Source: Parasporobacterium sp. (lineage in GTDB: Bacteria > Bacillota > Clostridia > Lachnospirales > Lachnospiraceae). From it: a DNA stretch of 57,393 nucleotides. The translations under genes and the position numbers were made by a program. Each line of letters begins with the position of its first letter. The stretch's first letter is position 1. The stretch is taken from NCBI GenBank assembly GCA_017431485.1, contig JAFRKZ010000087.1:1-57393 (forward strand). Direction: 5' to 3'. Below, in pieces: positions 1-9,975 of this stretch. The notes under the pieces were generated by a model that saw only the letters and a list, made by a program, of their open reading frames with translations, did no database searches and had not been told where the DNA came from.

Positions 1-1
1 C

Positions 2-553
2 AAAGGGGAGAACGCAAGCGTCTATTTTACCGGGGAAGGATTTGACGAACAGTGGTTCCTGGCAACGCTCAACAGCATTTCCGGAAACCGCAGGGCGTTC
101 AAAGGCAATAATATTTATGTAAAAGGCGCCTGCATTGCAGGACATTTACGAAGCACCGGTATCGTACAGGGATTTCCGATCATCTGCAAAGGAAGGACCA
201 GAGCTGACATTTACCTGCAGGCCTGGGACAACGGAGCGCTCTCCGACATCCTTCTTTCCCCGGCGGCCACGGACTGGTATGACGCAGGTTATGAAGGCGA
301 TTTTATCCTGGAGGAGGAAGAAAAGATCCTTTTCCGGATCGTCTCCATCATGACCGGCGCAGTCACCAATGTGGAACTGGACCTTTCCTCGTTCCCGAAG
401 CGGCCGGCCAAGACGACCAGGATCCGGATAAGGATCTGTTATTCGGGAGAGTACGATTGTGAGATCTCGGCAAAGGACAGGGGATTCGGAGAATTTTTCC
501 CGGATTCCGGCGCACAGGTTTCCAGGAGGATCAACCTGGAAGGATATATTTAA
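2..553 (+). CDS. hypothetical protein, 5'-truncated by the window edge (last 183 aa)
   Basis: Frame 2 is open from nt 2 to TAA 551-553; the track lists only its internal-Met tail, 350..553. The stop lies 3 nt before the next ATG, so the genes look coupled. No family recognised. Confidence 0.45.
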   Translation, partial: KGENASVYFTGEGFDEQWFLATLNSISGNRRAFKGNNIYVKGACIAGHLRSTGIVQGFPIICKGRTRADIYLQAWDNGALSDILLSPAATDWYDAGYEGDFILEEEEKILFRIVSIMTGAVTNVELDLSSFPKRPAKTTRIRIRICYSGEYDCEISAKDRGFGEFFPDSGAQVSRRINLEGYI

Positions 554-556
554 CGT

Positions 557-1354
557 ATGCTGACTGCAACAAAACAGGCGACAACCGGATACTGGATCGA
601 AGCCCTGAAGAAAAATGTGTATTCTCTGGAGGAGATTAACTATTTCCTTTATCATCACATGGATCTGGTCTACAGGGATTTCTTCAGCGACGCCCTGTTC
701 GATTATATCGAACAGGATCTGGAGCAGCCAGCTATCGCGCAGGATCTGAGAGAGATCTCCCTGAGAGACGGCGGGATCGGCGACTTTGTCCGGTATCTCC
801 TGAGCGAATCTTATTATTACAACAGCCGGGAACTGGCGCAGATCTCAGCGCTTGTTGCCGGGATCGATACCATGGGGCAGTCAGAACGGATGAAAGTACA
901 GGGGGATTCCCTGTATCAGTCCGGCTTTCTGAATTCTGCTCTCAGATGCTATCTGGAGATCCTGCAAAGGCGGGAGATAGAACCTGTCAGCGATTCGTTT
1001 TACGCCAGGGTTGCGTATTCGATCGGAACGATCTATGCCAGGCAGTTTATGTGCAGGAGCGCCAATACCTATTTCTCCCTTGCCTATGAACTGTCACCGG
1101 ACCCTGCCTATGCCAGGGCGTGCCTGTACATGAGCCTTCTGACAGGGGATGACGAAGAATTACTTTCTTCCATTGTTAAATACAAGATCAGTGATGATTA
1201 TCTGGATGCCGTACGGCAGAGGATCAAAGCGACCCGGAATGAAACGGAATCTTCCGAAGAAGCGCAGATCTTCTTCCAAAACCTGGAAGACGAGGCGTTT
1301 GCCCGGGACATGCTGGAACAGTGGAAGAATGAATATTATACTATTTTGAAGTAA
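557..1354 (+). CDS. hypothetical protein with helical/TPR-like repeats
   Basis: 265-aa ORF. Its ATG is 3 nt after the upstream stop and it ends 12 nt before valS. The C-terminal half has TPR-like helices (YLEILQRRE, AYSIGTIYARQ, AYELSPDPAYARA). Confidence 0.6.
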   Translation: MLTATKQATTGYWIEALKKNVYSLEEINYFLYHHMDLVYRDFFSDALFDYIEQDLEQPAIAQDLREISLRDGGIGDFVRYLLSESYYYNSRELAQISALVAGIDTMGQSERMKVQGDSLYQSGFLNSALRCYLEILQRREIEPVSDSFYARVAYSIGTIYARQFMCRSANTYFSLAYELSPDPAYARACLYMSLLTGDDEELLSSIVKYKISDDYLDAVRQRIKATRNETESSEEAQIFFQNLEDEAFARDMLEQWKNEYYTILK

Positions 1355-1366
1355 AAGAGGAACACA

Positions 1367-4027
1367 ATGAAGGAATTAGCAAAAACCTACAATCCAAAAG
1401 AGATCGAACAGAGAATCTATGATAACTGGCTGAAGCAGAAGTATTTCCATGCTGCCTGCGATGAGAGCAAAAAGCCGTTTACCATTGTCATGCCGCCTCC
1501 GAATATTACAGGACAGCTCCATATGGGCCATGCCCTGAACAACACGCTGCAGGATATCGTGATCCGGCAGAAGAGGATGCAGGGCTATGATGCCCTGTGG
1601 CAGCCGGGGTGTGACCATGCTTCCATTGCGACAGAGGTCAAGATCATTGAAGCCCTGAAAAAAGAAGGCATTGATAAGCGCGACCTGGGACGGGAGAAAT
1701 TCCTGGAGCGGGCCTGGCAGTGGAAGGAAGAGTATGGCGGCAGGATCGTCAACCAGCTGAAAAAGCTTGGCTCTTCCGCCGACTGGGACAGGGAACGCTT
1801 CACGATGGATGAAGGCCTTTCAGATGCTGTCCTGCAGGTGTTCATCAAAATGTATGAGAAAGGCCTGATCTATAAAGGGACAAAGATCATCAACTGGTGT
1901 CCGAAATGCCTGACTACGGTCTCGGATGCGGAAGTGGAGCATAAGGATACGCCGGGACATTTCTGGCATATCAATTATCCGATCAAGGGCGAAGACCGCT
2001 GCATCGAGATCGCGACCACACGTCCTGAAACTATGCTGGGCGATACGGCGGTGGTGGTGCATCCGGACGATGAGCGGTATCAGGACCTGATCGGAAAGAC
2101 TGCGATCCTGCCGATCGTAAACCGGGAACTGCCGATCATTGCCGATACTTATATCGATCTGGAGGTCGGAACAGGCGCCATGAAGGTGACCCCGGCACAT
2201 GATCCCAATGACTTCGAGCTGGGCAAACGCTACCAGCTGGAAGAGATCTGCGTCTTTACCGACGACGGGCATATCAATGAAAACGGCGGCAAATACGAAG
2301 GCATGACGACCCTGGAATGCCGCAAGGCGATCGTCAAAGAGCTGGATGAGATGGGGCTTTTGGTGAAAGTAAAAGCCTATGAGCACAGCGTGGGCCATCA
2401 TGACCGCTGCGGCTGCATCATCGAACCCATGATCAAACAGCAATGGTTTGTGAAGATGGACGAACTGATCAAGCCGGCGATCAAAGCCGTGGACGAAGGA
2501 GAGATCCGCCTGATCCCTGCCCGTATGAACAAGCTTTACCATAACTGGACGGACAATATCAGGGACTGGTGTATTTCCAGACAGCTGTGGTGGGGACACC
2601 GGATCCCGGCATATTACTGTGAGGGCTGCGGTCATATGACGGTGGCACGGGAGTGCCCCGATGTCTGTCCGGAATGCGGCGGGACTTCCTTCCGGCAGGA
2701 TGAAGACTGCCTGGATACCTGGTTTTCTTCAGCCCTGTGGCCGTTCAGTACTCTGGGCTGGCCGGAGCAGACGCCGGAACTGAAGCATTTCTATCCGACC
2801 AATCTTCTGATCACCGGTTATGATATCATCTTCTTCTGGGTGATCCGGATGATCTTCTCCGGGTATGAGCATATGGGAGAGAAGCCTTTCGACGCCGTGC
2901 TGTTTACCGGTCTTGTCAGGGATGAACAGGGACGGAAGATGAGCAAATCTCTCGGCAACGGCATTGACCCCCTGGAGGTGATCGACAAATACGGCGCCGA
3001 TGCACTCCGGTTTACACTGGTCACCGGAAATTCTCCCGGAAATGACATGCGCTTCTCCTGGGACCGCGTGGAAGCGAACCGGAATTTTGCCAATAAGATC
3101 TGGAACGCATCCAGGTTCATTTTGATGAACCTGCCGGAAGAAGGGGTAAAGACGCCGAAACAAGAGAGCCTGCACGATGCAGATAAATGGATCCTGTCAA
3201 GGGCCAATAAACTGACCCGTGTCGTGACCGAGAACATGGACAAATATGAGATCGGCATGGCAGCAGACAGACTGTATGAATTTATCTGGGATGAGCTGTG
3301 CGACTGGTATATCGAAATGGTGAAGCCGAGACTGTACGGCGAAGACGAAGAAAGCAAGCATGCGGCTTTATATACCCTGCGTACCGTGCTGATGACTTCC
3401 CTGAAACTCCTGCATCCTTATATGCCGTTTGTTACAGAAGCGATCTACGGTTCCCTGCAGCCGCTGGCAGCAGATCTTTATCCGGAAGAGTCCATCATGA
3501 TCTCCGCCTGGCCGGTCTTCGATGAGTCGATGGATTACGAAGAAGCGGAACGAAGGACCCAGATGATCATGGAGGCGGTCAGGGGGATCCGGAATGTCCG
3601 TTCCGGCATGAATGTCCCGCTTTCCCGCAAGTCGAAAGTCTATGTCGTAGCGGAATCCGAAGAGATCCGGGAGATCTTCGAACACGGACGGGTGTTCTTT
3701 GCCACACTGGGAAAAGCCAGTGAAGTAATGATCCAAAAAAATACAGAGGGAATTGAAAAAGATGCCTTGTCAGTTCAGCTGGCTGGTGCTACTATATACA
3801 TTCCTCTGGAGGATCTTGTGGATATCGACAAGGAGATCGAGCGTCTGGAGAAAGAAAAGATCAGGCTGGAGGGCGAGCTGAAGCGTGTCGACGGCATGCT
3901 TTCCAATGAGAGATTCCTTTCCAAGGCTCCTGAAAGCAAGATCCGGGAAGAGCAGGAAAAGAAAGAAAAATATGCAGGCATGATGGCCCAGGTGGAAAGC
4001 CAGCTGGCGTCCCTCAGAAGATCCTGA
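1367..4027 (+). CDS. valS: valine--tRNA ligase
   Basis: 886 aa with the class-I HIGH-type motif PPNITGQLHMGH and KMSKS. It has a ValRS-type editing insertion and a C-terminal coiled coil. AGAGGA RBS upstream. Confidence 0.97.
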   Translation: MKELAKTYNPKEIEQRIYDNWLKQKYFHAACDESKKPFTIVMPPPNITGQLHMGHALNNTLQDIVIRQKRMQGYDALWQPGCDHASIATEVKIIEALKKEGIDKRDLGREKFLERAWQWKEEYGGRIVNQLKKLGSSADWDRERFTMDEGLSDAVLQVFIKMYEKGLIYKGTKIINWCPKCLTTVSDAEVEHKDTPGHFWHINYPIKGEDRCIEIATTRPETMLGDTAVVVHPDDERYQDLIGKTAILPIVNRELPIIADTYIDLEVGTGAMKVTPAHDPNDFELGKRYQLEEICVFTDDGHINENGGKYEGMTTLECRKAIVKELDEMGLLVKVKAYEHSVGHHDRCGCIIEPMIKQQWFVKMDELIKPAIKAVDEGEIRLIPARMNKLYHNWTDNIRDWCISRQLWWGHRIPAYYCEGCGHMTVARECPDVCPECGGTSFRQDEDCLDTWFSSALWPFSTLGWPEQTPELKHFYPTNLLITGYDIIFFWVIRMIFSGYEHMGEKPFDAVLFTGLVRDEQGRKMSKSLGNGIDPLEVIDKYGADALRFTLVTGNSPGNDMRFSWDRVEANRNFANKIWNASRFILMNLPEEGVKTPKQESLHDADKWILSRANKLTRVVTENMDKYEIGMAADRLYEFIWDELCDWYIEMVKPRLYGEDEESKHAALYTLRTVLMTSLKLLHPYMPFVTEAIYGSLQPLAADLYPEESIMISAWPVFDESMDYEEAERRTQMIMEAVRGIRNVRSGMNVPLSRKSKVYVVAESEEIREIFEHGRVFFATLGKASEVMIQKNTEGIEKDALSVQLAGATIYIPLEDLVDIDKEIERLEKEKIRLEGELKRVDGMLSNERFLSKAPESKIREEQEKKEKYAGMMAQVESQLASLRRS

Positions 4028-4088
4028 GCGATGAAACTGCCTGCAGCAGATATGAGAGAAAAGATCAAAAAGAAGATGAGAGGACAAC

Positions 4089-4238
4089 ATGATTAATTTT
4101 GACGAAGCGATCAAACAGTTTCATCCGAGCCTGGAGATCAATGAAGTGGAGCAGGCCGTGAAGAAAGAGAATGCGGTAGAAGACATCACAGACATTATGT
4201 TGGAGATCATGAACCAGACATCCAAGAAGGGCAAATAG
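4089..4238 (+). CDS. small hypothetical protein (49 aa)
   Basis: ORF below the track cutoff. GAGGA lies 4 nt upstream of ATG 4089, and TAG 4236-4238 abuts ATG 4240 of the next gene. Support is positional and RBS only. Confidence 0.3.
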   Translation: MINFDEAIKQFHPSLEINEVEQAVKKENAVEDITDIMLEIMNQTSKKGK

Positions 4239-4239
4239 G

Positions 4240-5661
4240 ATGAAATGCTATAAATGCGGAAGTTTTTTATATGACGGGGAGTACTGCAATACCTGCGGGG
4301 CTGATGTGACCATATACCGGAAGATCGTATTACGATCCAACGATCTGTATAACAGCGGTCTTCAGTTTGCCCGTGACAGGAACCTGAGCAAGGCGGCAGA
4401 ACACCTGAAAATGAGTCTGAAACTCTACAAGGGAAACATCAACGCCCACAATCTTCTGGGCCTGGTGTATTTCGAGCAGGGAGAATACACGCTGGGATTT
4501 GCCCATTGGATCATCAGCAAGAATATCCAGCCGGACAATAATCTGGCCAATCTGTTCCTGGATCAGATCCAGGAAGATAAAGCCTATGTGGATTCCCTGA
4601 ATGCCAATATCAAGAAATACAACAAAGCCATCAGCTATGTGGAGCAGGAAAGCTATGATCTGGCGGAGATCCAGCTGAAAAAGATCCTGAATGACAACAC
4701 CGCCCATATGGTCAAGGCGTATCAGCTTTCCGCCCTTTTAAGGATCCGCAAGAAGAAATATGCAGCGGCAAGAAAGATCCTGGAACGGGCCCAGAGCATC
4801 GACGCCGGGGATCCGACCACCATCGCTCTGATGACTGCTGTAAACAGCCAGATCCGGGAAGAGGAGAAAGATCTTACCACCGGGGAACTGAAGGTCAAGC
4901 GGCAGCAGGAGACGGCGGAAGAAGATCCGCATCTTCCTCTGTCGGGGGATGATGTGATCATTCCCAAGCCTTCTTATAAGGATTACAATCCGACAACGGT
5001 GGCGATCATCCAGATCCTGATCGGTTTTCTGGTCGGCGCTGCACTGATCTTCTTTGTGGTCGTGCCGGCCAAGACCAATTCGATCCGGAATGAGTCCTCG
5101 GCGCTTCAGATGCAGCTGGAGGAACAGGTTTCCATGCTGTCCGAAGAAAACGCCAAGCTGAGTGCGGATGTGGAACAGCAGTCGAAAGCGGCCGAAGACC
5201 TGCAGACCGCAGCCAATGATGCGTCCGCGGCTGCATCTGCGGCAGTGCAGACTTCCCAGGAAGACGAGACGCTTCTCCTGGAAGCGTACGATCTGTTCCA
5301 GAAGGGCGAGAATGAAGCCTGCGGCAACAAACTGCTGGAGATAAGCCATCCGGAATCTTTTACCGGCGCCAATAAAATGGTGTATGATTCCATCAGCTAT
5401 ACCAAGGATGCCATCCCGGATTACTGGTATAACGATGCGATGGCGCTGTTCGAACAGAATGATTTCGCGGAAGCTCTGGAGATGTTTGCCAAGGTCTATG
5501 AAGCAGCCAATACAACAGGAGAATCCTTATACTATATGGGACTTTGCCATTACAATCTGGATCAGACAGACGAAGCGGCTGCCAGATTCCGGGAATATCT
5601 GGAAACGTTCCCGGAGGGACCGCATGTGACAGAATGTGACTGGCTGCTGTCTCAGATGTAG
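4240..5661 (+). CDS. zinc-ribbon / TPR-repeat membrane protein
   Basis: 473 aa. N-terminal CxxC...CxxC ribbon (CYKCG..CNTCG), TPR-like repeats, one TM helix (VAIIQILIGFLVGAALIFFVVV), a coiled coil and a C-terminal TPR. Confidence 0.7.
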   Translation: MKCYKCGSFLYDGEYCNTCGADVTIYRKIVLRSNDLYNSGLQFARDRNLSKAAEHLKMSLKLYKGNINAHNLLGLVYFEQGEYTLGFAHWIISKNIQPDNNLANLFLDQIQEDKAYVDSLNANIKKYNKAISYVEQESYDLAEIQLKKILNDNTAHMVKAYQLSALLRIRKKKYAAARKILERAQSIDAGDPTTIALMTAVNSQIREEEKDLTTGELKVKRQQETAEEDPHLPLSGDDVIIPKPSYKDYNPTTVAIIQILIGFLVGAALIFFVVVPAKTNSIRNESSALQMQLEEQVSMLSEENAKLSADVEQQSKAAEDLQTAANDASAAASAAVQTSQEDETLLLEAYDLFQKGENEACGNKLLEISHPESFTGANKMVYDSISYTKDAIPDYWYNDAMALFEQNDFAEALEMFAKVYEAANTTGESLYYMGLCHYNLDQTDEAAARFREYLETFPEGPHVTECDWLLSQM

Positions 5662-5683
5662 CAGCCTTTATGGAACAGGACAT

Positions 5684-6349
5684 TCAGAACTGATAGGGCA
5701 GGGGCTTTCCTTCTGACAGGATATAAGTCATGGTATCTCCTTCGCAGATCTTTGCCTGCGCATTGGTGGCTTCCGTGACTTTGCGGACAAAAGGATCGAT
5801 CAACTCATCCGGAACGGTCATACGAAATGTGACCTGCTCATCATAGATGGTGTCGGACAATGGGATCAGCATCTGGCTGATCATATACTGGATCTTTCCG
5901 GAAAGATTATAAGAACAGCTGACGGACAGCTCCCTGCCGTGGAAAACGGCCGAGGAGCTGCCGCTTTTTTCTGCCTCGTTCAGCCCTTCCGAGGCTGCCT
6001 GCGTATAAGCGCGCAGAAGACCTCCGGCCCCCAGCAATATCCCTCCGAAATACCTGGTGACCACGATGAGGGTGTTGTGATAGCCCTGTCTGGTCAGAAC
6101 TTCCAGGATCGGCTTTCCTGCTGTGCCCTGAGGCTCCTTGTCATCGGAAAACCGCTGGGTCTCGCTTCGTTCTCCCAACACAAAGGCGTAGCAGTTATGC
6201 CTGGCGTCATAGTACTGTTTTCTTACAGACTCCAGGATCTGAAGGGCTTCTTCCTCAGAATGGATCTCATATACATTTGCGATGAACCGGGACCGTTTCT
6301 CGGTGATTTCCGCCTGAGTGTGTCCCAGCATGACTCTTGTCTCGTTCAT
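5684..6349 (-). CDS. yigZ: YigZ / IMPACT-family protein
   Basis: 221 aa. The N-terminal region ITEKRSRFIANV..ARHNCYAF..DDKEPQGTAGKPIL is typical of UPF0029/YigZ. Confidence 0.85.
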   Translation of the reverse strand: MNETRVMLGHTQAEITEKRSRFIANVYEIHSEEEALQILESVRKQYYDARHNCYAFVLGERSETQRFSDDKEPQGTAGKPILEVLTRQGYHNTLIVVTRYFGGILLGAGGLLRAYTQAASEGLNEAEKSGSSSAVFHGRELSVSCSYNLSGKIQYMISQMLIPLSDTIYDEQVTFRMTVPDELIDPFVRKVTEATNAQAKICEGDTMTYILSEGKPLPYQF

Positions 6350-6486
6350 GCCTGTATCATAACATCATTCTTTTGGATGGTCAAAATAAATGCCTCTTTT
6401 TGACAATAGGGTATGAATAGCGTATAATACCATAGACTATGTGCAGGATTCGCTGCTTTTTTATGCAGCCGGCATGGGAGGTTTTG

Positions 6487-9093
6487 ATGAAACATACTTA
6501 TGAATATCAATACGAAGACGGGTCCGGAAGGATCAGGACCCGCCTGATCAAAGAAAAAAGTGTAGGCGGAAGTGTCCTGAAAGGATTTCTCCTTTTCCTG
6601 CTTTCTGTATTCTGTATCCTCATGAGTATTGTGGCCGGGTCCGCCTTCGGGCTGATCCAGTCGACTCCCCAGATCACTGCGCAGGATGTCAAGCCCAGCG
6701 AGTATCCTTCCCATATCTATGACCGCAACGGCAATGAGATGATCGAGCTGACCACCACCGGATCCAACCGGAAGGAAGCGTCCTATGAAGAGATCCCCGC
6801 CATGCTCAGGGATGCCTTTATCTCCATTGAGGATGAGCGGTTCTATGATCATAACGGCGTTGACCTCAGGGGTATCATCCGTGCTGTTTTCGTAGATATC
6901 GCGGAAGGCAAGAACGAAGGCGCCAGTACGATCACGCAGCAGCTGGTGAAGAACAACGTGATCGAGACCGGCGGCTACGAACGAAGCACCGGATCTTTGC
7001 TTCGAAGAAAAGTCCAGGAATGGGTCATGGCTCTTGATCTGGAAAAGCAGATGAGCAAGAGCGAGATCCTGACCAACTATCTGAATACCATCTATCTCGG
7101 CAGCAACTGCAACGGCGTCAAAGCCGCGGCAGAATACTATTTCGGCAAGAAGGATCTGTACGATCTGACCCTTGCGGAATGTGCTTCCTTAGCTGCCATT
7201 ACCAATAATCCGTCCGCCAATAATCCGGCCAGACATCCGGAAACCAACCGGAAGAGAAGAGATCTGGTCCTGGATTATATGGAGCGGCAGGGCTACATTT
7301 CTCCCGCCCAGTGCGAAGAAGCCAAGCAGGACAATATCTACAGCAGGATCGTGGCGAACACCTCGGAAGAAGCCAGTATCTACACTTATTTTGAAGATGC
7401 GCTGATCTCGGGTGTGCTGAAAGACCTGCAGTCTGTCGGATATACTTATACGCAGGCATACAATCTGCTGTTTTCCGGCGGCGTCTCTATCTATTCCACG
7501 CAGGATACCGCGATCCAGGCGATCATTGAAGAAGAGATCAACAATCCGGTCCACTATCCCATGGAGACTTCCTATTCCATCAGCTGGGACCTGTCGATCC
7601 AGAAGAGCGACGGCACCATGCGGTATTACTATGCAGGCGATATTGCCAGGTATCACCGTAATGAACTCGGCGATGTGGCATACCGTCTGGATTTTGCTAC
7701 GAAAGAGGAAGCAGATGCGGAAGTGGAAGCTTATAAAGCTGTGATCCTGGAAGAGGGCGACCGTATCACCTATGAAGACATTACCTACACCCTGCAGCCG
7801 CAGATCTCCTTTACGGTCATGGATTACACTAACGGCCAGGTGCTGGCTGCGGTGGGCGGACGCGGTGACAAACAGCAGAGCCTTTCCATGAACCGGGCGA
7901 CAGACGTTCTGCGTCAGCCGGGTTCCACACTGAAGGTTCTGGCAGCTTTCGCGCCTGCCATGGATGGGGCCGGCTATACGCTCGCCACGGTACATGATGA
8001 TTCACCGTTTGATTATGAAGGCAATATCAATCGGGAAGTAAAGAACTGGTGGGGAGATTCTTACCGGGGACTCAGCAATATCCGGGACGGTATCCGGGAT
8101 TCCATGAATATCATTGCAGTCAAGACATTGTATGACATCGGGCCGGCAATGGGAGTGAAATACCTGGAAGACTTCGGGTTCGAACACATCGATCCTGTAG
8201 AAGATGCGACACTTCCCACTGCTCTGGGCGGACTTACCAACGGCGTGACCAACCTGGAGCTGTGCGCTGCCTATTCCGCCATTGCAAACCAGGGAACATA
8301 TATTGAGCCGATCATGTATACGAAGATCGTCGGACGGGACGGAACAGTGCTGCTGGAGGCGGACCAGACCACCAGACAGGTGATCCGGCCTACCGTGGCA
8401 GCTCTGCTGACGGACGCCATGGTAGATGTGGTGGAAGAAGGTACCGGAGAAAAGTGCCGGCTGGCTAATGCACCGCTTGCCGGAAAGACGGGAACCACAT
8501 CCAATGATTATGACCTGTGGTTTGCCGGATATGTCCCTGCCGGACTGTGCGGAACGATCTGGGCAGGCTATGATGAGAATATTACCATTGAGCAGGAAGA
8601 ATTCCACAAGGATATGTATGCCGCGATCATGAACCGGATCGTCAATGAACAGGGCTACTGGGGCGGTCAGTTCCTGTGGCCAGCCGGCATCGTACAGGCC
8701 AGCGTGTGCCATAAATCCGGAAAACTCCCGGAAGACTGGCTCTGCGATTATGACCCCACCGGAAAGAGCACTTATATGGAGTACTTCGAGGAAGGAACGG
8801 TCCCGACGGATTACTGTGATGTGCATCTGTCCGCTTATATCTGTTCCGAAACAGGACTTCTTGCCAATGAATACTGTCCAGGATATTATCAGGTATGTAT
8901 CCTCAGGCCAGATGATATCAAGGGCGGACCTCCGAGGGGCTATACCTACGATTCCAATTTTGCTTATCCCGGCATTTACTGCGATCTGCATAATGCTGCA
9001 ACTGCGGCAGGTGCAGGAGAAACCGAAGAGGAAGAGGGAGAAGAAACGCTGGAAGAAGAATACTATGAAGAAGAGTACTATGAAGAGTACTGA
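6487..9093 (+). CDS. class A penicillin-binding protein (PBP1A family transglycosylase/transpeptidase)
   Basis: GT51 motifs EDERFYDHNGVD and GASTITQQL. Transpeptidase motifs STLK, SMN and KTGT. N-terminal TM anchor. Start placed at ATG 6487 (GGGAGG 6 nt upstream) rather than track start 6439. Confidence 0.9.
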   Translation: MKHTYEYQYEDGSGRIRTRLIKEKSVGGSVLKGFLLFLLSVFCILMSIVAGSAFGLIQSTPQITAQDVKPSEYPSHIYDRNGNEMIELTTTGSNRKEASYEEIPAMLRDAFISIEDERFYDHNGVDLRGIIRAVFVDIAEGKNEGASTITQQLVKNNVIETGGYERSTGSLLRRKVQEWVMALDLEKQMSKSEILTNYLNTIYLGSNCNGVKAAAEYYFGKKDLYDLTLAECASLAAITNNPSANNPARHPETNRKRRDLVLDYMERQGYISPAQCEEAKQDNIYSRIVANTSEEASIYTYFEDALISGVLKDLQSVGYTYTQAYNLLFSGGVSIYSTQDTAIQAIIEEEINNPVHYPMETSYSISWDLSIQKSDGTMRYYYAGDIARYHRNELGDVAYRLDFATKEEADAEVEAYKAVILEEGDRITYEDITYTLQPQISFTVMDYTNGQVLAAVGGRGDKQQSLSMNRATDVLRQPGSTLKVLAAFAPAMDGAGYTLATVHDDSPFDYEGNINREVKNWWGDSYRGLSNIRDGIRDSMNIIAVKTLYDIGPAMGVKYLEDFGFEHIDPVEDATLPTALGGLTNGVTNLELCAAYSAIANQGTYIEPIMYTKIVGRDGTVLLEADQTTRQVIRPTVAALLTDAMVDVVEEGTGEKCRLANAPLAGKTGTTSNDYDLWFAGYVPAGLCGTIWAGYDENITIEQEEFHKDMYAAIMNRIVNEQGYWGGQFLWPAGIVQASVCHKSGKLPEDWLCDYDPTGKSTYMEYFEEGTVPTDYCDVHLSAYICSETGLLANEYCPGYYQVCILRPDDIKGGPPRGYTYDSNFAYPGIYCDLHNAATAAGAGETEEEEGEETLEEEYYEEEYYEEY

Positions 9094-9099
9094 TCTTGA

Positions 9100-9933
9100 A
9101 TGAAACTGTCTGCGTCGAACATCTGCTGGGAAGAAAAATACGATGAAGACATGTACCGGTTTCTGAGTGATCAGCGGATCGCATTGGAAGCCGTTCCATC
9201 GAGGATCTTCAAATGGGAGGACAGCCGGCTGAACGGCCGTCCCATCAGTCCTTTTGAGAAAATACAGGATGCAGTGAGCTGGTACCGGATCGTACACCGG
9301 TTTTACGGCCTGGATATCGCTTCCATGCATTCCCTGCTTTATAAGATCGAGGAGAATCTGTTTGCCACGGCAACCTATCGCCGCTATCTGACAGAGTACC
9401 TGAAAAGTGCAGTCCGGTTCGCAGTCCGGATCGGCTGCCCGAATCTGTGTTTCGGCGCGGCGCAGAACAGAAATATCCCTCCACATATCAGTCTGGAGGA
9501 TGCCGGCAGGATCGCGGTCTGTTTTTTTAAGGAACTGGCAGACTATGCCTGGCAGCATCGGGTATGCCTGTCCATCGAGCCGCTCCCGGAGAAATACGGG
9601 ACCAATTTTATCAACTATACTTACCAGGCGTTTGACCTGGTAAAGGCGGTAAACAGTCCGGGCCTGCAGGTAGATGTGGATCTTGGAACGGTCATGACGA
9701 ATCAGGAAGATATCCGGGAGATCTTTACAAAAGAACATATTTCCATGATCCATCACGTCCATTTTTCGGAACCGGATCTCGGGCCGATCCAGGAACGGGA
9801 TATTTATGCAGAAGCGGCAGAACTGCTGAAAAAATGCGGATACAGACGATTTGTTTCCCTGAAGATGCTGGAGTTCCCGGATGTGACCCTGATACAGGGA
9901 GTACTTAGGTATTTCCGGCACCTGACGGTATAA
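9100..9933 (+). CDS. xylose-isomerase-like TIM-barrel protein (putative sugar-phosphate isomerase/epimerase)
   Basis: 277-aa ORF starting 6 nt after the PBP1A stop. The assignment rests on overall resemblance only; no catalytic motif was verified. Confidence 0.55.
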   Translation: MKLSASNICWEEKYDEDMYRFLSDQRIALEAVPSRIFKWEDSRLNGRPISPFEKIQDAVSWYRIVHRFYGLDIASMHSLLYKIEENLFATATYRRYLTEYLKSAVRFAVRIGCPNLCFGAAQNRNIPPHISLEDAGRIAVCFFKELADYAWQHRVCLSIEPLPEKYGTNFINYTYQAFDLVKAVNSPGLQVDVDLGTVMTNQEDIREIFTKEHISMIHHVHFSEPDLGPIQERDIYAEAAELLKKCGYRRFVSLKMLEFPDVTLIQGVLRYFRHLTV

Positions 9934-9937
9934 AGAC

Positions 9938-9966
9938 ACCCCGTTTCTGAGGCGGGGTTTTGTTTT
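9938..9966 (+). terminator. rho-independent terminator
   Basis: ACCCCG-loop-CGGGGT hairpin followed by TTTGTTTT. Confidence 0.75.
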
Positions 9967-9975
9967 ACAGAAAAT

